A DNA stretch of 64,000 nt from Octopus vulgaris (Eukaryota): positions 123,566,001 to 123,630,000 of the forward strand of contig OX597820.1 in the NCBI GenBank assembly GCA_951406725.2, read 5' to 3'. Position 1 is the first letter of the stretch; every line of letters starts with the position of its first letter. The notes below the pieces were generated by a model. That model saw only the letters and a program-made list of their open reading frames with translations. It ran no database searches and was not told the origin of the DNA. The translations under genes were made by a program, and so were the position numbers. Shown one piece after another: positions 58,861-64,000 of this stretch.

Positions 58861-59064
58861 GATAACAATAATAATGATACTTTCATTTGCCACAGGGATA
58901 CATTGCAAACATTCACAATTCCTGTGAGGAGCGAGATGAAAATGGTAAAGGAAAAATTAAGGGAAACGGAAATGCTAAAAGCTATACATTGTATACAAAA
59001 TAAAAATAACAACGTTAACAATGATAGTTATAATAAAAACTTCATCATCGACAGCCACAACAAC

Positions 59065-59770
59065 AACAGGTACAAGGCCTGGAATTTTTTGGAAAGGTGG
59101 GTAAGTCGATTACATCGACTACAGTGCTGAACTGGTACCTATTTTATCAATCCCGAAATGATGAAAAGGTTATGTCAAACCTGGTGACAATTATATTCAC
59201 AAGGAAAAGACTGAAGACATGCTTTTAAGCATTTTGTCCGGCATGGTAAAGATTATGTTAGCTCAATACTTTCAATAATTATTATAATAATCCTTTCTAT
59301 TATAGACACAAGGACTGAAATGTTCTGAGAGGAGAACAGTCGATTGTATCGACATGAACTCCACGAAAGGATGAAAGCCAAGTCGATCTCGGCAGAATTA
59401 TAGAAGTTATGATAATTACAATTTAACATGGCACAAGGCCAGAAATAAAGCGCATCAGTGAAGTTAAATTTAATCTATTTTTCAACAGTATAAAGATTGA
59501 AGGAACATTAGGTCCAGACAGAATTGTAAATAACAACTATAATAATAATAATAATAATGATAATAATGATTTCAAATTATTGTCACAATATCAGCTTGGG
59601 GGAAGGGATTAAGTCGATTACATCGACCCTAATAGGCAACTGGTACTTATTTAATCGACCCCCGAAAGGTTGAAAGGCAAAGTTAACCACGGCGGAATTT
59701 GAACTCAGAACGTAGCAGCAGACGAAGCACTGCTAAGCATTTGCTAACGATTCTGCCAGCTCACCGCCTT
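59065..59770 (-). mobile_element. Cluster of three SINE family D copies among (AAT)n repeats
   Basis: Recurring AGTCGATTACATCGAC...CTGGTAC(T/C)TATTT...CGAAAGGATGAAAGGCAAAGT at ~59100, ~59340 and ~59610. Confidence 0.7.
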
Positions 59771-59852
59771 TATAGTAGTAGTAATAGTAGTAGTAGTAGT
59801 TGTAGTGGTAGTAGTAGTAGTAGTAGTAACAATAATAATAATACTATTAATA

Positions 59853-59912
<60 letters not shown>

Positions 59913-59941
59913 GGAATAATAACAATAACAATGATAGTAAT

Positions 59942-61055
59942 ATTTAGTATCAAGAAAAGCAAAGGCAGGATATCAGTTTAGATATCAATATGAATGATCT
60001 GAGGCTTATTATTTATAATAATAGAGATATTCCCTAATACAAACTGTAAGACAATTCAGCCGAGATTTGGCATAGATAAGAGTGGAATAAACGGGACAAG
60101 TAGTCAAAAGTGAAAGCATCCAATTACCTGATGGCCAGACATAAAAACCATTGAAAGCAGGAGGGTTATAAGTATCTGGGAGTATTAGAATCTGATAGAG
60201 TACTAACTATAAAAAGGAAAATTGAAAAGGCGAAGGTTGAAAAAGGTGAGGAAGCAAGTGAAGTCAATACAAAATGGTCCGAATCTAGTGAAGGCTGTAA
60301 ATACTTGGGCAGTATCGTTACTTAGATATTTGCCAGATTTTCTAGATAGGATAATATCTGAATTAGCACATCTAGACAGAACAAGGAAGAAATTCAATAT
60401 AAATGAAGGACTTTACCCAAGAGCAGGACTAGAAAGATTATATTTACTCAGAAAGGAAGGTGACAGAGGGCTAATATCAGTAGCAGACTGCGTGGAGTCA
60501 GCTAGAGTATATATAGCCTCTTATGTAAGCAATAGTGAAGAAAGTTTATTTAGACTTGTGAGAATCACAGTAGGACATAGAGAAACCAAAAGGCCAGATG
60601 AAGTTGAAAAGCGGCAAAAGAAAAAGAAAGATTATCTGACTGGTAGATTTCCAAAGATGTTTACAGGAAATATTACTAGTGAGACATGTTTATGACTGCA
60701 GAAAAGGAAGCTGAAAAGGTGAGACAGTGTTACTTAGTAGCAGCACAAAATTAAGCATTGGGGACTAATTGGATAAACACCAAGATAGACAAAAACCTAG
60801 TAGATTTCCAATGTAGATTATGTAAATCAATACAAGTGTTAGTGGTATAGTAAGTGAATGTAGCATGCTGGAACAGGTAGAGTACAAGAACATACATGAC
60901 AACCTATGGAGTATAGTCCACTGGTAGTTATATAGCAAGCTAGGATTTGAGCATACGGATAAATGGTATGAACACGAACCTAGTGAAATACAAGGAAGTA
61001 AGATATATACGATGTAGGATTTTAACATTCAGACTGAGAAAGTGATAAAAGCTAA
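59942..61055 (+). mobile_element. Degenerate R4/Dong-like LINE fragment
   Basis: GYKYLGVLE, NGPNLVKAVNTWAVSLLRY, GLERLYLLRKEGDRGLISVADCV, IVSECSMLEQVEYKNIHDN, KWYEHEP, DFNIQTEKVIKA. Confidence 0.8.
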
Positions 61056-62185
61056 GTTTGATTTAATAGCAATTTAATATTCAATAATGACGTATGCGTA
61101 AAATTATTCTCTCATCGGGTGTATTTATGTCACCCACGCTAAGTTTGAGTATAGTGTAAGTATGGGTACTAATGTGTCTTCATACTATTAGCATGTATGC
61201 GTTTAAAGTTTTGTTTACATGTTTGCGAACAATAGCAATGAACATGTATATGGAAGAGAGAAAGAGAGAGTGCGCGAAAGAGAAAGAAAGAGAGAGAGAC
61301 AGAGAGAGAAAGGATGGAAGCATGGACTAGTTTTTAAGGTGTTGGAATTACGATGGCTATGCTATGAGTTCAATTCTCGGTCTGGGCATTGCGTTGTATT
61401 CTTCAAAATGAGACTTTATTTCACCTTGTGTTAGTTCACTCAGCTAAAGATAAGGATCAATGGAAGTTGAGATGTTAACCCTGTGACCGGACTGACATCC
61501 CGTTCAGGTGTGTATGAATCCTATAAACTCAATTGCTTAAACAAAGAAATTTTTCAGGTGAAATCATTAAAAGAAGGTAATAAATATCAGTTATGACATA
61601 AGCGTATACGAAACCAATATCTGAGTAAATCATACTTAGAATACTCTAGAAAGTAAATAAAGAGTACAATCTCATGAAATACATTTTTCGAAAGGAATTT
61701 GCTTCATTTACTAATTGAATCATCAAAAATGTTTAATATCCGGGAGAAATATAGAAGTTCTGTCAGAACTTAGTAAGTATAACTCGTCCAGGACAGCCGA
61801 GTTTGCCCAAACTAAACGAAATGTTATGATAACCTTGAATAGCAGCGGCAACAAATTAGGTGGTAAAGACAAAAAATATAGAATCAATGGTCGTAAATTG
61901 CATACGATAAAAGGCATACAGCACAAAAATATCTTAAATATAATATCCTAAATTTTGTCGAGTCACATAAGATCCATAATTGTGCGCAAGGAGACAAGGA
62001 AGTGAATTAGAACTGTGGTGTAACTTATGTTAAATGTATAATAGTGCTAAATAACTTCATCAAATTTAAAATACATTCTTGTATTAAGTAAATATGGAAT
62101 AAAATACAGTCGGTGTATGGATATAAATAGATAAAATAGTACATGCGTACAGATATTATACATACATACAATATATATATTATAT

Positions 62186-62221
<36 letters not shown>

Positions 62222-62236
<15 letters not shown>

Positions 62237-63781
62237 TGAGAATAAGTGTCCGTCTGTCTGTTTGCCTGATTGTCTGTCTCTCTGTGTGTTTCCCTAAAAC
62301 TTGAGAACTATACAACCAATTTCATTCAAATTTTACACATGCCTTACTTAGGGTCCATGTAGTTTCATGGGCAAACAAAATGTTCAACTTCTTGCCTAGG
62401 GCGAGCCCATAGCAATATCATATCTTCTTCACTATTTCAGTGTTACGTGTTAAAAGTGAAACAAAAACATTTCTCTATTTTATGTCAAATACTTTCAATT
62501 TAACAATACAAATTAGAGATAATAATAACAATTGAATTATATGTAGTAAGTAATAATTAAAATCAAACTAAAGTATAATATAATCGTAACATAACAAAAG
62601 TACAAATATCAATTGGTATAAAATTGCATCAATGACTTTAACTTCAATAAGTGGTTTCACATGAATAGGAATAAATTAAAAATAAAATTAGCGTGCAGAA
62701 ATGGAATGGTCCAAATGGAGGTTGCAGATACCGTTTACCACGGCTTTTACATTAGATTATCTGCTAAGTAGCTAGCATTAAGTATCTATATGAAGTTTGG
62801 CTGTATGTAATGTCTGGTTTTCCGAACAGCCGCTCTTACTGAGTACTGCTGTTGGTTTATTTCTTATACATAAAGGACTATAAATTCAACTGCGTACTGC
62901 TTTTTGATTCACCGTAAGGTTTGTTGTTATTATTATTACTGTTTAACTATTGTTATCACGTGTGTTGGTTCCTCGTAAGGGAAACGTTGTTGTGTTGCAT
63001 TTGTTAAATAATTGTAAACTTTAACCCCCATCCCTTTGGAAGAAGGAGCTTTGGTTATTGTTTAAAAATTTAATTGTGTCCCTGTTTGGGGAAATTGACA
63101 ATATTTTCACCGTTTACACGGAAGCATTTTTGTTAGAGTGCCTTCGATAGAAGAAAGTCTAAAAATGAATTTCGCTGCAGCCGTCAGAGGGCGCGAACTC
63201 ATTAAAATTAAAATGGGAGAAATACAAACCTATTTCGGATTGATCACCGACAAAGACGGTGAATCTAGGATAACACCACGAAACGAAATAAAAAATTAAA
63301 TTAAAGAAAAGACTATAATGTCTATAAAGTATACAATATAAAGAAAAAAAGATTTGAACACCTGGAGGAAAGCACCATCGAAAAGTGTCTTGGTGCGTCT
63401 ATGAAAGATAGTTAACCAGAGGCGATAAATTCGCTACAATAGAAGCAAGGTTCGAGTCAACCATTATATCTGGGACGTAGGACGTCCCGGATAAAAATTA
63501 AAAATCCCCCCCCCCCCAGAAGTAGAGGTAGGCTGGATTGTAGCAACACTTCTATAGAAGAGGGAGGACATGATACAATTGATCGAAATTGCAAGATACA
63601 GGCCTACAATTCCAGTCTGTTATATATTTTGAGTAATGTTATCACTAGCGATATCAAGATATAACTTTGTATTTTATGTGTAGATGTATATAGAGAGAGG
63701 TACATGTAATATGTACACATATATATACACATATATACATGCACTATCACTATGACCCGGCAACGACAGTCATAATGCTAG
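62222..63781 (+). mobile_element. Helitron-like element with internal passenger sequence
   Basis: 5' TATATATAAAACTGAGAA..(GTCT)n..CAACCAATTTCATTCAAATTTTACACA resembles the 27.2 kb Helitron 5' region. 3' hairpin ATGAC..GTCAT, then CTAG|T. Confidence 0.6.
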
Positions 63782-63836
63782 TATATATATAAATATATAT
63801 ATATATATATACAAACATATTTATTTATATTTATAC

Positions 63837-63873
<37 letters not shown>

Positions 63874-63878
63874 CAGAC

Positions 63879-63909
<31 letters not shown>

Positions 63910-64000
63910 AATGAGTGTGTGTATATATATGTGTGTGTGTGTGTAAATACGTTTGTATGGATGGATGTATCTCTATCAATCGTTATGTATATACACATGA

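Noticed and set aside
61715-61951. Non-repetitive ORFs on both strands
   Set aside because: No recognisable domain or convincing splice pattern.

Overview
AT-rich, microsatellite-dense eukaryotic DNA. The repeat families resemble those of cephalopod (Octopus-like) genomes, which is an inference. I find no supportable host protein-coding gene, rRNA, intact tRNA or CRISPR array, and nearly all long ORFs in the track are microsatellite translation artefacts. The window is a mosaic of mobile elements: a young Tx1/L1-clade LINE in two copies tied to (TATC)n, two R4/Dong-like LINE relics, an RTE 3' end, five Tc1/mariner relics, two Helitrons, three tRNA-type SINE families and many Penelope-like (RT + GIY-YIG) fragments. 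The strongest hidden signal is about 20 minimal type I hammerhead ribozyme (HHR) motifs of the form stem I-CUGANGA-stem II-GAAA-palindromic stem III-UH-stem I. They sit in Penelope-type pLTRs and in short non-coding foldback (inverted-repeat) elements between (TA)n tracts. They belong to several unrelated sequence families and show recurrent core variants (U3-A8 covariation, A6U, U4C, A9C), while stem III stays palindromic although its sequence changes. All ribozyme calls come from manual folding, and activity is untested.
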